Origin: Selaginella moellendorffii
Taxonomy: Eukaryota; Plantae; Lycopodiophyta
Length of the DNA stretch: 64,000 bases
Reading direction: 5' to 3'
Assembly: GCF_000143415.4 (NCBI RefSeq)
Contig: NW_003314287.1
Location: 208,203 to 272,202, forward strand
Positions 21,151-35,240 of the stretch are shown here, in pieces (within the stretch, counting starts at the first letter, position 1; every line of letters starts with the position of its first letter). The translations under genes were made by a program, and so were the position numbers. The notes beneath the pieces were generated by a model. The model did no database searches. It saw only the letters and a program-made list of their open reading frames with translations, and was not told where the DNA came from.

Positions 21151-24100
21151 AATGCAAAATCCCAAAGGGGTGGGGTGAGGCCTAACTTAACCTTTATTCC
21201 TCAATTCTTCCCACTTTTATTCTCCAACTTTGAGATTCTTAGGATTTTAAAATCCTTTGCATATTTTGTAGCTCAACCACCTCACAAGCCCTCATCTACA
21301 TCACTACCCTAACTACCTCTTTGATCATAAGTTTGATCATCTATGGTACAACTATACCATCCTTGCCCCTAACTAGGATGCAAATTTAATTTGCCTCACA
21401 TATTGGTGGATTCCTTTTTGAACTCTCCATTGACACATCTAATATACCCCTACTTATAGGGATATAGAGAGAGAAGCCAAAGGCTTTAACCCTTTTGAGC
21501 AAAGAAACCAAACCTATCAGTAAAGTTTAAATAGACTACTATAAATAGGCAGTTAGAGTTGTTTACACAGTCACCCCCTTTTAACAAGATAAGGAACATT
21601 AACAAAGAGGCGGGTGATATGACCAGTCGACAATAGCTACCCCATAACTAAATATTTCATCATGCATATAAAGTGCCAAAATTAGTCTGCCTATACTGGC
21701 CCAAACTCAAAGATCAATAAATAGACAATATCAAAGTTATAAACAATGATATTTGAGAGACTTAAGTATCAATGAATAAATCTTATATTAGAACACAAAG
21801 TATTCCAAGTAAATTTTTCATCTGATAAACCATATAGGAACCACCAGGATCATCATAATAAAAAAATATAGGATTTACTATCTAACAAAATTCAATAGTA
21901 AATATATCATAAAGGAAACTCAATAATAAAACTTAACTATCAAAAATTGCAAATAGAATGCCAAACAACTTACAAAAGATAACTCAAAGAACACAAAGTA
22001 TCATTGACTAGCAAGCAAAATGCTCGCAAATGTATCAGCCAAAAGAAATAACATCCAAATCTATCATAACTAACTCGAGCAACAATCACCAGAACATAAT
22101 GAATATTGCAAAATCAACAAACATAGTGTTCATGCCAACTATTGCATTAGCCAATCTGAATAGATCCCAGTCAACAATATAAAGGAACTCAAGTTATTTA
22201 AGCAAGTGTCAGTAACATTCTATTGATGTCTTAAACCCAACAAATCAATCCAAAGCAAACCATAAAGAACATCCCATCAATGAAGAGATGCATAATCATC
22301 ATCAAAGAAATAATCCACTATCTTGAAAAATGGCAAATCATTTACTATCAACAACAACTAAGTAAATCTCATAATAAGAATAATCAACTATTCCAATATG
22401 ATAGTCATTCATCACTAATGATTGCGAAATGCAAAGACTAACTTTAATATCGAAGCTAATAAGCTAAAGTGCCTTCCCCAACAATTCCTAACAAATGGAA
22501 TAATGAGCATAAAAACTTAAAAAACCAAAAGCTATAGAAGCCTATAGCCAAGTCTTGCCGAATAATGATCACAAATCTTTTATTAACGAATTTTAATGCC
22601 AAAGAAGAAATCATGTACAACCCATAATATCCTCCTTAACACATCCCAAAGAAGAATACAATTAAGTTGGACATCACCATCCTCAGCCAAGCACAAGGCT
22701 ACCAAAACTAAGTGAAAATCAGTGAGAGCTCACTACTCTCATAAAATCTAACAAAATCCAAAGTGCAACCTACCACTATGCATAATGTTACAAAAGAAAG
22801 GCACAAGGGTCACCTTCCTAAAAAAGTGCAATAACCACTTTTCTACACTAACTTTAGATTCTATCCAACTCAATTGCCTTAGCCCCAAAAGTCAATATTC
22901 GTTTTGGGTTGCATTATACAAACTATCTATTAAGGTAAAGTCAACTCTAACCGCTTTACTAGTTTATATTGGCTTATGAAAATGGAATGGTTTTCGGGCA
23001 AAATAATCAACATATTAGCCATTGGAAAAGTTTAAGAAAATTGGTGGAAAATTTTTTATTCTAGAGAAAAAATGACTCTTAATCTAGGAATACAAACTTT
23101 CAAAACTCAACAAACTCCCTCCTACTTACAAATTCACAAAGGTTCACCTCAATATAAATTCTTATGACCAATAGTATGTTTAAGCATCAAACACCGTCGC
23201 CTATACTTTCGATATCTAACACCGATATCCACAACATGCAAAATAAACATCCAAGACTCGATCATGAAGACTATATTTCAAATATCCACATTGCACTAAC
23301 ACTCTTCTTCAATCACCTTCAAAATTCAATATAAAGCCAAAACACTAATAAGAAAAATAACATGGAAAATCAAGCTCTAAGGAAAATTCCTCATCACTCG
23401 ACATAACAATGCCACTTTAATTAACACAAGTGTTAGCAATGTCAATGCCTTAACTACACACGTTCTCCATCTAACAACCTACTCCAAGTGCTAACGGATA
23501 AATCAGCAAGCCATAGTAAGATGCTATAACCCTTTTCAACACTTTAATAGACAAATTTAAGGAAGCAAGGAACCAACTTAAGCTTAGCATAAGAGATCAC
23601 CATAGAGAATCTAGTCAAAGCTACTACAATGTTACTTTGTACAAGTAAATTAACTTCACCATCAACCACTTTCATCATTTAACCAAGCAACTTTATAAAC
23701 ACATTGCTCACTATCACATGGATATGATATAAAATCACAATGACTTGATCATTAATCAAGTAACACTATGAAGAAGCCCACATTATTACTTCAAAAGTTT
23801 ACGTGAGTATCAAATGCCAACTCTATTCGACAAAATGCAATATAAATGCCACACCTAACTAATAGAAATTTACAATATCAAACACTAACTTTTGTTCACA
23901 ACACAGACAAGCTCATACCACTTTCCAACACCAAGCTACTCAAGAAGCAATAGCAAAGTTCCTTGGAAAAGAATTCAGCATTGTAACTTAAGTCTTCTAA
24001 CAGCAAGCCTAGATAAAATGGTTTAGCGCTTGATTGCTATCCATCCCATATCTCATCACTTCTAAGACCATCATAACCATCATGCATCAAGATAGGGTCT

Positions 24101-25405
24101 TTTGATTGCATAATATGAACACAAGCAATGAGTCACATCTCATTGTGAATCATCTCTTCAAGAAGGGAAAATGATTTACATATTTGATCCTTCGTCCTTG
24201 AGGACTTTCTTTTCAATTTTAACTTTAACTAAACTTGAGGCTTGAGTTCACACTACCTTCAGTCCAATTTAAGAAAAGCTTATGAGAGAGCACAACAATG
24301 ATTACTTGAACCAACAAACTAATCCCTATAGTCTTAATTGATCCACTTTTAATCATGCCTAGGAAGGATCCACTAGTGTTGTGCTAAACAGCTACAGACT
24401 AGCCTATTCGCCACTCATAGCAAACCCAGGGAAATTTATTTTAACCCACTGTACACCAAATCACTCATAGTAACCCCTAATAGGCTAGCATTTATCCAAG
24501 CGTAACCTTGAATTGCTAATGTGCCTCACTCAAGAGCCCAAGCGCAAACTTGTGCAAACAAAACTTCTTAATCCATCTTATGAGCCCAAGAGCAAGCTCA
24601 TATAACATAGTACGAAAAGGTAACCAAAATTCATACCCAAGGAACGATTGCGAAGTTTTTGCACCCAAACGTGTACCCACTTGGATCATTGTTTTCATCT
24701 TTACATATGCAATGAGATTAGTTACCCAATCTCATTAGATAGTACTTGCTGAGACTCATCCTCTGATACCAAATGTAGTACATATGATTTTTACCCTTTA
24801 TCCTATGGTGATTTACCATATAACCACAAAGCGGAACCTAAACCCTCCATATACCACGTGTCATATGCCATGTGTCCAAGGATAGTGGTGCGAAACTCAA
24901 GTTTCAGAGCCTTGGGACACTGAACAAAAGAACAGAGCCAAACTCCCAAGCATGGAGCCAAAGAGCAAAGGAACCAGAATACGGAGCGACTCTTGAACAT
25001 TCAACCCAAGGAGTGAAGGGACAGGAGCACAGAGCAACTTGGAACAATCTTAGAGCATTCAGCATCCCAATGCTAGGACTAACACGCAAAACGGAGCCAA
25101 ACAAATTTTGGTGCTATTTTAGCATATTAGTGACCTAACGCAAGGATATGAGTACCCTACCAGCTAGCATGGTGTGGAACTTGGGCTTAGACCCAAGCTA
25201 AATGCAAAACAAGGACAAGCACACAAACAAAAGTTAAAGTATGCCTTAGGTTGGTCAGCCATACTTGACTTACCCACTATTCTCTACTATACATTTGGAA
25301 CCCCCCATAAACACCCCCCCAACACCCCCCTGCCCCCCCCCAAGGAACACATGCTTTGGGTTTTTACCCTTAGCCACCCTTAGTACTAGGAGTTAATCTT
25401 TGGGA

Positions 25406-25861
25406 CTACGAGGCTCCCCCAAAGTTTCTTCTAGCTTCACCCTAGTTAGGGATAGTTCATAGTAGGTACGCTAACACTCAAACCCTTCTCAAAAGATCAA
25501 AGTTGGTCCATGGTGCACTTTAGAAAGGGATCCCACGAATTAGTTTCCTTTTGCCTATATGGGTTTAACACCCACAAACTCGCATACATGTTAGACTCCT
25601 TGGTCCATATTTCAAGATGGGTTGGATGGAATACCCAAGTTCCAGTATTTGGCGGGGCACTGGAGCACCCCGCCATTTTCAGAGGTAGTGGCAACATTGG
25701 CAGGGAGCTAGAGGCTCACAAGCCGTTATCCCGCTGTGTCCTCCCATGCTGGATAGGCCCTTGCCTTGCTTGGCAGACTAGCTCTTGCCATTCCACACAC
25801 AACCAAAGAGGCACACAAGGCATCCATTTGCTTCCCTCCTAGCAATTTCAAGCACTTCTTA

Positions 25862-25897
<36 letters not shown>

Positions 25898-25965
25898 AAC
25901 ACTATTGGTCTCTCACCAGTATTTAGCCTTGGATGGAATTTACCACCCACTTAAGGCTGCATTCT
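25406..25965 (-). pseudogene. 25S (LSU) rRNA fragment, D2-D3 region, decayed
   Basis: Reverse complement of LSU motifs: GACTCCTTGGTCCATATTTCAAGATGGG (LR3-like site), CTCTCTTTTCAAAGTCCTTTTCATCTTTCCCTC, TTTAGCCTTGGATGGAATTTACCACCC. Confidence 0.92.
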
Positions 25966-28900
25966 TGTGAGACACAAATACCTAAGCCCCAAAGTGGAGC
26001 TGAAAGGGTGCCATGTGGTAGTGGCCGAAGCAGAAGCCAAACGAGCATAACATGTTTGGACTAAAAGTTCTGAGTTGAAGAGTTAAGAGTGGGAGTGGAA
26101 CTCCCAATGGAGTGCTTAAGCAACAAGCACGAGGCAATCAATAAGGGAGTTCGAGATGGACCCGAGATGGACCTTGAGATGGACCGAGATGGAATCCAAG
26201 ATGGAGTTCGAGATGGAGTTCGAGATGGATCCAAGATGGACTCGAGATGGAATCTGAGATGAGACCGAGACCGAGACCAAGACCAAAACCGAGTCTAAGT
26301 TCGAGTTTGAGACTGAGTCCGAGTCTAAGTCTAAGTTCGAGTCTGAGTTTGAATACTAATACAGGCTGTTGGGTGAAAGCCCAAAGCGATTGTCCCCCGG
26401 GGGGGAGTTGCGGGGGGTTTCAAAAGTATAGTAGGGAGAGTGTGGGGGTTGGACTCTAATGGAACCAGTTTTGCTAGGAAAAGCCAATATGGCCTAGGAA
26501 GGCTATACCCACGTGTTGGGTGATGATATAACCATTAGGAAGTCCAATGCTAGAGTGAATACAAACAAACAAACAAGGTAACTTGGTGAAGTGTTCAAGA
26601 GCCAGCTCTAGCTCCCTTGGGAGCATCGACCATGGCACTACCTACTTGGATACTTGGTATGGCTCAACGGAACCTCACTCTAGCTCCATGGCTAGAGCAT
26701 CCAAAGGCGGAAGGTGGGGACAGTACTCAGGAGGCTCGCGTAGTGCTACGGTGTTTCAAAATGTTGTCCCAAAGTCCCAAACAGTGGAAAGGAAGAGGAA
26801 TAGTCCTCTGGTGTAGTGACCAAGGATAGTCACATGTTAAGGAAATCCCAAAGGATAGTGGGATATAGTGACCAAGGATAGTCACATGTTAAGGAAATCC
26901 CAAAGGACAGTGGGATTTAGTGGTCAGGCCTGCAGGCCTTGACCTAGTGGCAATGTTGGCAAACACGGCCATGGATAGAAAGGGACTTGGTGGGGATCGA
27001 AAAGAGGCTATTCCCCAAGTCTGCAGGCATCCTAAGGATGTTAAGGAGTGGATCTAAGATGACCACTCATAGACAGATGGCCCAATCTTTGAGAGATGGG
27101 ACTGTGATGTAAGTGGTGTTGGATCACCAGTGTCATAAAGGTGAATAAGCATGGCCTTAGCATAATAGGTACCTTTGGGTGTTAGTCATGGGATCAAACA
27201 CGTGGAGCACTTGGACCAAGTGCAAAGGTTAAGTGGCATGGATGCCATTCTCAGGGCTAACAAGCCCCAAGTCTAGAATAGAACTTATGGAAGTTGTGAG
27301 TGAGACTCTTCTAAGTGGTCAGAAGTGTGGTTAAGTAAATAAAGTAGAATGGAAAATTTAATTGCTTATAATTTGATATTAGAGCTATTCCTTAGTTCGA
27401 CTCTTATTGGTGGTCACTTGTCTTAGCATTGGAAGGTCCCAAGAGTTGGCCTATCCTCGAGGAGTAGCATGTCGAAAGGGCATAACTCTCCACCTTAGTT
27501 CATAAGTGAACATGTTGGCAATATGGTGGATAAAAAAGTCGACTTTGGGATCTTGGGAACAGTATAAAGTTTGTCTTAGAGAGTTGAGGATGTGATTCAA
27601 ATGAGCATTTGACGTAAAAAATTAGGTAATGTAGTTCTGGTAAACAACTATCATTGGGATCACAGAAAAGATAGAGATATGGGAAAGAGTCACAAGATTA
27701 TCCTTATATAGTAGAGGTTGGTGCTCATGAATTTGAGATTAGAATTAATGATCATGGGAGGTCAAATATAGATGAGGATACGAGTCCTTGAAATGGTAAC
27801 CAGGGCTACCTTTTATAAATGCTAGAATAAACCCAAGGAGTTGGGGGTGTACTTAGAGGATGAGTTGGTAATCTCATTATATGAACGAATAATCCTAAGG
27901 GGCAAAGGTAGCCCACAGGGAACGAAAAATAATCAAGTGTCAATGTAACATTTGCAAAGTTGGTCCTTATGAGTAGGACATGAATACAAAAAGATATATT
28001 CTAGTGAATTGACACCTCAAAAATAACCAAAAGACTAGGACCTTATGGATAATTGAATTAACAAAGTCCAAAAAGTTGGATGACTCAAGTGGAGTCAAAG
28101 AATGGTCTTAGAGGACTAGTGGAAGCATTTAGACTGAAGTATGTTGTACCCTATGAGGAACAGGGAAGATCATAAGATCCAAGCATGGGAACAGTGTGTA
28201 TTTCATTGATGGCAAAAGGTGCCATACTAAAATCGTGGGATAGATATTCCCAAAAGAAAACAACTTTGGTTCAGAGTTGTGCGCAAACACTATGGTGTAG
28301 TGCTAACGGATAGTTGGCATAGGTAACGACTGTGTTGGTCTTAGCAAAGACTTAAACACAAGTGCAAAATGTAATAAAGATAGGCTCGTGGAGCCGATAG
28401 TGTGAAAACACCAATGTGCCAAGATGTAATGCCTTGAGGTCAAGCTGATGGATTCATGAGAACCTTTTGCCAAAGGAATCCTAATGAAAATGGGAATGGC
28501 ATAATCTAAGTTGGAAGGCATGTGGTTAAAGTGTGGTGACCTAAATAATGATGGAGGTGTGGAAGCTTCAGCAATGAATTGTAGGACTTGACAACTATGA
28601 GGCAACTAAGCAAAAGGTGCAAAATAATTGATTGGATTAGTAGAAAAAACCTTTTATTGTTAGATATACCCCTCCAAGGGATAAATTGCTTATGTTGAGT
28701 TATAATAAGTCAATGTCGTAAAGGGAAATACTCATTGTCAAAAGAAGGTCATCATTAAGACACCAAAACACTCTAAAACACTAGGAAGTGGTGTTTGGAA
28801 TCATGATGGCATTAGATAAGGCCCAAGGGATTAAGTCTCTAGCAAATAATTGATAGGAGGTGTTATCCAACATCCAAAATTGTGAAGACAAGAGAAATTC

Positions 28901-31900
28901 ACCTATTCAAATCGGACAAAGCCAAAAGAGGATTTTGGCATGGCTCACAATGGGTATAAAAAGCCCCAAGGGTAGCGATATTAATCCCAATTTATAGGAT
29001 TACACGGTGAGCATATTCAAATTAAAGAATTACTCTCTAAGTTATTGAGTAAGTTCGTCCCTAAGAATATTTACTAAGGCATAGTAAAAAGTGCAAAACT
29101 ACCCTCTTAGATGGGAGGAGAATAACTAAAGGGAATGCATAAAGCCAAAAAGCAAATGGAAAATGGATAAAATTGAACCATAGAAATCAAAGGGTATAAC
29201 CAAGGATGGTTATGCAAGTTGGGAATGGAGAATCAAGTGAGTGCTTGAACATGTTGCTATTAGTAATTGTGATGCTATGAAAAATCTAAAGTATAGAATT
29301 GTCCATGTTAAATCATATGGCAAATAGAAAGCTTGTGAAAGGAGAGGCTTTAGCAAACTAAAGGACAGAGTCCCTTCAAGGTTCCCAAAAATAATTCTAG
29401 GTAGATTAGTACCTAGAAAGACAAGTATAAATGGTTCATAAAATGCACAAAATTAGAGTGGCGCAGCAAAAGCATGTGAAGCTTGCCATAAAGGCGAGGC
29501 TATCAAGGTTGGGGAAGTAATCCCTAAGTGTTCAAAGAGATGGCTTTGAATGAAAGTCAATAGTTAAAAACTTTCACACTTATACATGAAACCATGTTAC
29601 GCTAGTCAAGTGACTTGCTAAGTGAGATTAGTAGAACAAAGACCTTAATTAAAGGTATTAGCTTCAAAACGAGGTGGCCCATGGGGCCAAACATGGAGGA
29701 GTCCATGCATGATCACAAACTTATCAAGTGAAAGGACTTGGCAATGCGAAGGAACTAAGTTCCTAAACTATGATCTGTAGTGCGTTTTAAGTATAAGTTG
29801 GTGCACTGGCGTGGTGAGTCATACTAGGCATCCTGAGTGATGCTGTCCGTAGATGCATATACAAAGGTTAGGTTCGAGTCCCAACCCTCTAATGCTTAGG
29901 TTTGAGTCCCAACTCACTAAGTAGAATCTGAGGATAGTCATTTTCAGTGGTCATGGACTTTTAGTAAGGAGACTGGCTTGGGCACACCGCTAAGCGGCAG
30001 ATGCCCCAGAGTCGTGATGCATAATTAGATTGCTTAATATGAAAGTTGAGGATATCTAACTTGAACACTTTGGTGTAAGTGGCACCAAAATCATGGTGAA
30101 TAAGATGGGGACACCCAATCTCAGTTGCTATGGACCCTTGGCCAAAGGGGTTGGCTTGGGTGCACCGCCAAGTGTGGGGGAGGCTAGGGGTTATAGTTAA
30201 CAAGTTAAAGGTTTGGAAGACCTAGTACCTATTGGCAAACCTATTAGATTAGATCACTAAGTGATTTTATAGTTAAACAAGGAAAAGGTTCTTGTGAGGT
30301 TAAGGAATAAGGTTTCTAGTTCAAAGTGTTGATTTGAACTATTGATAATGGTGTGGCTTGGTCAAGGTGACCAAGTGGGAAGGACACCTAAGGGAAATAA
30401 ATTGCGACAATACAATGGTATTGTAGTGCAAGAAAATAGTCTCCAAGGAATGACCCATGAGTGGGTTGCAAGGTTGGGCCATGAAGAAAGCCCAGAGCAG
30501 AAAACATTGGGGAGACTTACTAGGGGTGAACACCCCTTAGTCTTGGCAAAGTAGAGCCTTTGCTATGGAACCAAAAAGATACCTTAAGGATGGAGATAGT
30601 GATCCTATGTTACTTAGTGTAACAATCAAAGGATAGGAGCAAAAGACTAATGACCATAAGAATCATTAAAAGAAATCCAAACAACAAAGTGAGCAAGGAA
30701 CACTTATGTATTGGATACTAATAGATCGTGGGAAAGAGGATATATTTTCAAGGATGAATTCCCAAATGCTCCAATTTAGCAAAGGTGAAAGCTCCAAGGG
30801 AGGGAGAAACAAAGTAGCTAAATGATAGAGCCGTGGACAACCCTAAGAAAATTAACTTTGAGAAGTCAAAATTAAAAGTTTTAAAGTGCAATGGTTATAC
30901 TAGTAGAGGTCAAAACTACTTCTGAATGAGTGGTCAAATTGAGATAGAGAAGGTGTCTCTAATAAATTTAGTATGGACTAAACTACCAAAAGGGGAAGGA
31001 TCACCATAAGTGGTCTAATAAGTCTTTGTTAGAGAGACTATGCTCCTTAAGGGATGGATAAGGCATGGTGAGCCCCGGTGTTAAACCATTGACGGATATT
31101 GGCTAGATGCCAAGGATGAGATAATTCATTATAGGTTTACTTTATAAAAATGTTTATCGTTCGATGAGGACATCGAACTTCATCTATGGGTGGTGGAGTT
31201 GTAAGACACAAATCCCTAAGCCCCAAAATGGAATTAAAAGGGTGCCACGTGGTACTGGCTAAAGCAGAAGCCAAACGAGTATAACACATTTGGATTAAAA
31301 GCTCTAACTTGAAAAGTCAAGAGTGGGAGTGGAACTCCTAATGGAGTGCTCAAGGAACGACCACGAGGCGAGTAATAAAGGAGTCTAAGATTGAGTCCGA
31401 GATAGACCCAAGATGGATCTTGAGATGGATTGAGATGGACCCGAGATGGAGCTTGAGATGGAGTCTGAGATGGACCGAGATAGACCCGAGATGGACCCGA
31501 GATGGACCAAGATGGACCCAAGATAGAGCTCAAGATGGAGTCCGAGATGGACCAAGATGGACCTGAGATGGAGTCCGAGATGGACCGAGATGGACCTGAG
31601 ATGGAGTCCAAGATGGACCGAGATGGACCTGAGATGGAGTCCAAGATGGACCGAGATGGACCTGAGATGGAGTCCGAGATGGAGTCCAAGATGGACCAAG
31701 ATGGAGATGGATCTAAGATGGACCCGAGATGGAATCCGAGATAAGACCAAGACCAAGATTGAGACTGAGACCGAGACCGAGACTGAGATTGAGACCGAGA
31801 CCGAGACCGAGACCGAGACTGAGACCGAGACCGAGACTGAGACCGAGACCGAGACCGAGACTGAGTCCAAGTTCGAGATTGAGTCCGAGTTTGAGTTCAA

Positions 31901-32913
31901 GTCTGAGTCTGAATACTAATACAAGCTGTTGGGTGAAATCCCAAAGCGATCATCCCCCAAGGGGGAGGCTGTAGGGGTTTATAGTAGAGAGAGTGTGGGG
32001 TTGGAACCAGTTTGGCCAGAAAAACCCAGTGTGGCCCAAGAAGGCTATACCTATGTGCTGGGTGATGATATAACTACTGGGAAGTCCAAGGTTAAAGTGA
32101 ACATAGACAGACAAGCGACGTAGCTTGGTGAAGTGTTCAAGAGCCGGCTATAGCTCCCCCGAGAGATTGAATGGTTGATGCTCCCAGTCCAAGTGTGAGT
32201 GGCACTACCTACTTGGATACCTAATGTGGCTCAACAGAACCTTGCTCTAGCCCCATGGCTAAAGCACCCAAAGGCGAAAGGTGGGGATAGTACCTAGGAG
32301 GCTCACGTAAGGACACAGTGTTCTAAAATATTGTCCCAAAGTCCCGGACGGTAGAAAGGAAGAGGAGCAGTCCTCTAGTGTAGTGACCAAGGATAGTCAC
32401 ATGGTGAGGAAGTCCCAAAGGATAGTGGGACTTAGTGGTCAAGCCTGTAGGCCTTGACACAATGGCAGTGTTGGCAAACACGGCCATGGACAAAAAGGGA
32501 TTTAGTGGGGACCACAAAAAGGATATTGGGGAAGGCTATTCTCCATGTCTGTAGACATCCTAAGGATGCAAAGGAGTGGATCTAGGATGACCACTCATGG
32601 ACAGATGGCCCAGTCTTTGAGAGATGGGACTGTGATGTAGGTGGTGTTAAATCACCAGTGTGATAAAGGTGAATATGCATGGCTTTAGCATAACGGGCTG
32701 ATATGTTAGTGGTACCTTTGGGTGTCAGTCATGGGATCAAACACATGGAGCACTTGGACTAAGTGTAAAGGTTGAGTGGCATGGATGCTATTCTTGGAGC
32801 TAACAAGCCCTAAGTCCAAAATAGGACTTATGGAGGTTATGAGTGAGACTCTTCTACGTGGTTAGAGGTGTGGTTAAGTAAATAAAGTAGCATGGAAAAT
32901 TTAGTCGCTTACA
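25966..32913 (+). mobile_element. Family A copy 2 (older, longer internal region)
   Basis: LTRs at 25966-27370 and 31200-32913. Decayed PBS TGATATTAGAGC at 27374-27385 and the same PPT as A1. TSD ATTCT/ATTCC. Confidence 0.9.
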
Positions 32914-33060
32914 ATTCCCATACAGCCCGATTCACCAAAAGAGCCTCATGATGCAATAGGGTCCGGGCTAGACGGGGCTCTCACCCTCTCTAGCATTCTG
33001 TTCCAAAGGACTTAAACCCAGTCCACTGTAGAGGACCCTTCTCTAGATTACAATTTAGGG
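32914..33060 (-). pseudogene. Continuation of the same 25S rRNA fragment (D1 region) beyond the A2 insertion
   Basis: GGCTGCATTC at the left junction continues as CCATACAGCCCGATTC...GACGGGGCTCTCACCCTCTCT...CTTCTCTAGATTACAATT, colinear with plant LSU reverse complement. Confidence 0.9.
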
Positions 33061-33573
33061 TGCAAGCTTGAAACTTACTAAATATAAAATATCTCTAGAT
33101 TGGAAATTTAAACATGGGACGAACACCATTGTGTTCAAGACAATCTTCACATTCCGTAGATATGCCAAATATTAAAATTTAGACACTTTCCATAGATAGC
33201 ATTTGGGACTAAAATGAGACTAACACAAAGGGCATGATAGCAAAAGTGTTTAGCAGACACAGTAAGCTATCATCTAATGATATTAGGGGACTAGTCTCAA
33301 TACACAAGGGTTTTTGTTAAGCCAATGCAAGACAAAACAAAAGAGAACTGAGAGTTAGGTTAAGTATGCTCAGCTAAAAACACATAGGAGTTCCTACCGT
33401 ATGTCCATCTAGCTAAGTATAGGTGCTAAGCCCAATTTACTAACACTTGAACAAGAAGGACTGATAAAAGGAACTAGCAATACAAGCCTCCTGCCGTCGT
33501 GGTAGTAAGGAAAGAATATCTAAAAGGACTAGTTGACAGATAGCTTTCGATACCCGCAGTCACATTTGCGACA

Positions 33574-34204
33574 AAATGGTAAAACACCAAGAACAAGACA
33601 AGCTATGTAGTCACATCCTATAGACATTGGAAACGGCAACACACCAAGGATGGGTGCAACACTAACATGATCACACCCCACAACACCAAAGTTCAATCTA
33701 ATAGAGTAGCATTAATAGCCTCAAGTGATATACTCCTTGATCAACGACCACATAGCTTTGTAAAAGAAGAAAATGCAATGAAGATCAAAAGAAAGAGTAG
33801 ATTTAAACACAATGATAGCTAGAGTTCTAGATCTTGTAAAAAGCTAATACAGATCTAGATCCAGAAAAGAATGAAGAAATAAAAACAAAAAAGCACAATC
33901 CCAAATACTAAAGCAAAGCACTACAAAAAAACTTTGCCCTTTAGGGACAAATTGCAATGCCTCTCACCTCCACCAATGTGAATGCTTAGGATATAGAAAT
34001 AGGTATATTAATTGGGGTTTAGGCCCTTACTTATATACAATGGATGGATTAAATTTAATCCCAAATGGATGGTCTATATGTTTTAGGACTATAATTAGTG
34101 TATTATTTAGGCATGGTAATACATACATAAACATACATATATACATATACATACACATATACATATATACATATATATATATATACATACACATATACAT
34201 ATAC

Positions 34205-34235
<31 letters not shown>

Positions 34236-34590
34236 CACACATATACATATATATATATACATACATATACATATATATACATACATATATATATAGATAC
34301 ATATATATATATTTACAAACCTTTTATATATATGAGGTCCATGTCTACAGTTACAATGCTATATACTAATATTAGCTTAGTGGGATTTTAGTAACTGTCA
34401 GATTGGTTTCAATCCAAACCACCCACTCCTATATATAAACTAGGTTTTTAATATACACACTTTTGTATTTCATTTCCATATTCTATCCACCCATATTGGT
34501 AGAGATTAGGGGCAGTTTTGATTGTCCCTGAGGAGTGTTGGGATTTGGGATTTGGGATTCTAGTTTAAATATAGCTTTTGCATTGTCTAA
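33574..34590. mobile_element. Family H LTR remnants back to back around the microsatellite
   Basis: 33880-34000 resembles 37440-37530. 34362-34480 matches the reverse complement of 36560-36680. PBS-like TGGTGGAGGTGAG on the minus strand at 33963-33975 and TGGTAGAG on the plus strand at ~34497. Confidence 0.5.
34119..34312. repeat. (TA)n/(TACA)n compound microsatellite
   Basis: Directly visible. Confidence 0.97.
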
Positions 34591-34594
34591 ATCT

Positions 34595-35240
34595 TCTGGG
34601 ATTGTGCGCTACTAAAATCCTATCGTCCCACCTGGAGTCCAGCGGCAATCAAATCAGCCATAGTAACAACAGGTAACTAAGTGACACATCTTTGTTTGTT
34701 CATGACACCCCAAAACAAAACAGGTTACTCCTTTGATAATCTTGAAGAACCTATAAAGAATTCATCGCTAGTTCCTGGACACCCTTTGACTATGGTGGAG
34801 GGCACGTAAATCCAAATGCTGCTGCACACCCTGGCCCAGTATATGACGCAGATGACCAAGACTACATTGGATATCTCTGCGGTCTGGGAAACAAACAGAC
34901 TGACCTTGAAATCCTCACGCAAACTTTCGTCAAGTGTCCCGACAATCCCATAGATCTCAACTATCCATCCATTTCCATCTCGGATTTGTGCCGCAGCAAA
35001 CTCGTGCATAGGTGAGTGACGAACGTGGATGATCACGCAGCGAACTACACGACCGGAGAGTGTGTCGGTGTCTGTTCATCAATCAGTTCTACGGTTCAAG
35101 CACAAGGACTAAAGCATTCGAGGTGATATTTAGAGTGGGGGACGACTCAAACATTGATCATTATGTTTTGGGAAGCTGATATGGAGCAATGGAAAGTATA
35201 CAGTCACAAGCCCCATCGCAGTCGAGATGTGCTTGGGTAA
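34595..35240 (+). pseudogene. Subtilisin-like protease (plant subtilase), 3' half
   Basis: GIV-ALLKSYRPTWSPAAIKSAIVTT, a GT-AG intron (~34673-34723), PFDYGGGHVNPNAAAHPGPVYDADDQDYIGYLCGLG, DLNYPSISI and a WSNGKYTVTSPIAV-like end. Contains frameshifts. Confidence 0.92.

Larger units (their letters stand above)
21400..33573 (-). mobile_element. Family C element: decayed internal region (21400-24760), PBS, and 5' LTR (24774-33573) interrupted by rDNA and A2
   Basis: CTCTGATACCA (reverse-complement Met PBS) at 24761-24771. 24774-25405 and 33062-33573 match the reverse complement of the LTR at 49444-50641. 21680-22100 matches the reverse complement of 48560-48960. Confidence 0.8.

Noticed and set aside
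26814-26920. 52-bp tandem duplication in the A2 LTR (similar ~80-bp duplication at 49852-50003)
   Set aside because: Ordinary local slippage with no evidence of function.
25406-33060. Functional rRNA locus
   Set aside because: Short, mutated, interrupted, and without 18S, 5.8S or ITS context. The ORFs at 25497-25954 are incidental rDNA translations.
34027-34369. Y/I/M-rich ORFs
   Set aside because: Translations of the TA/CA microsatellite.
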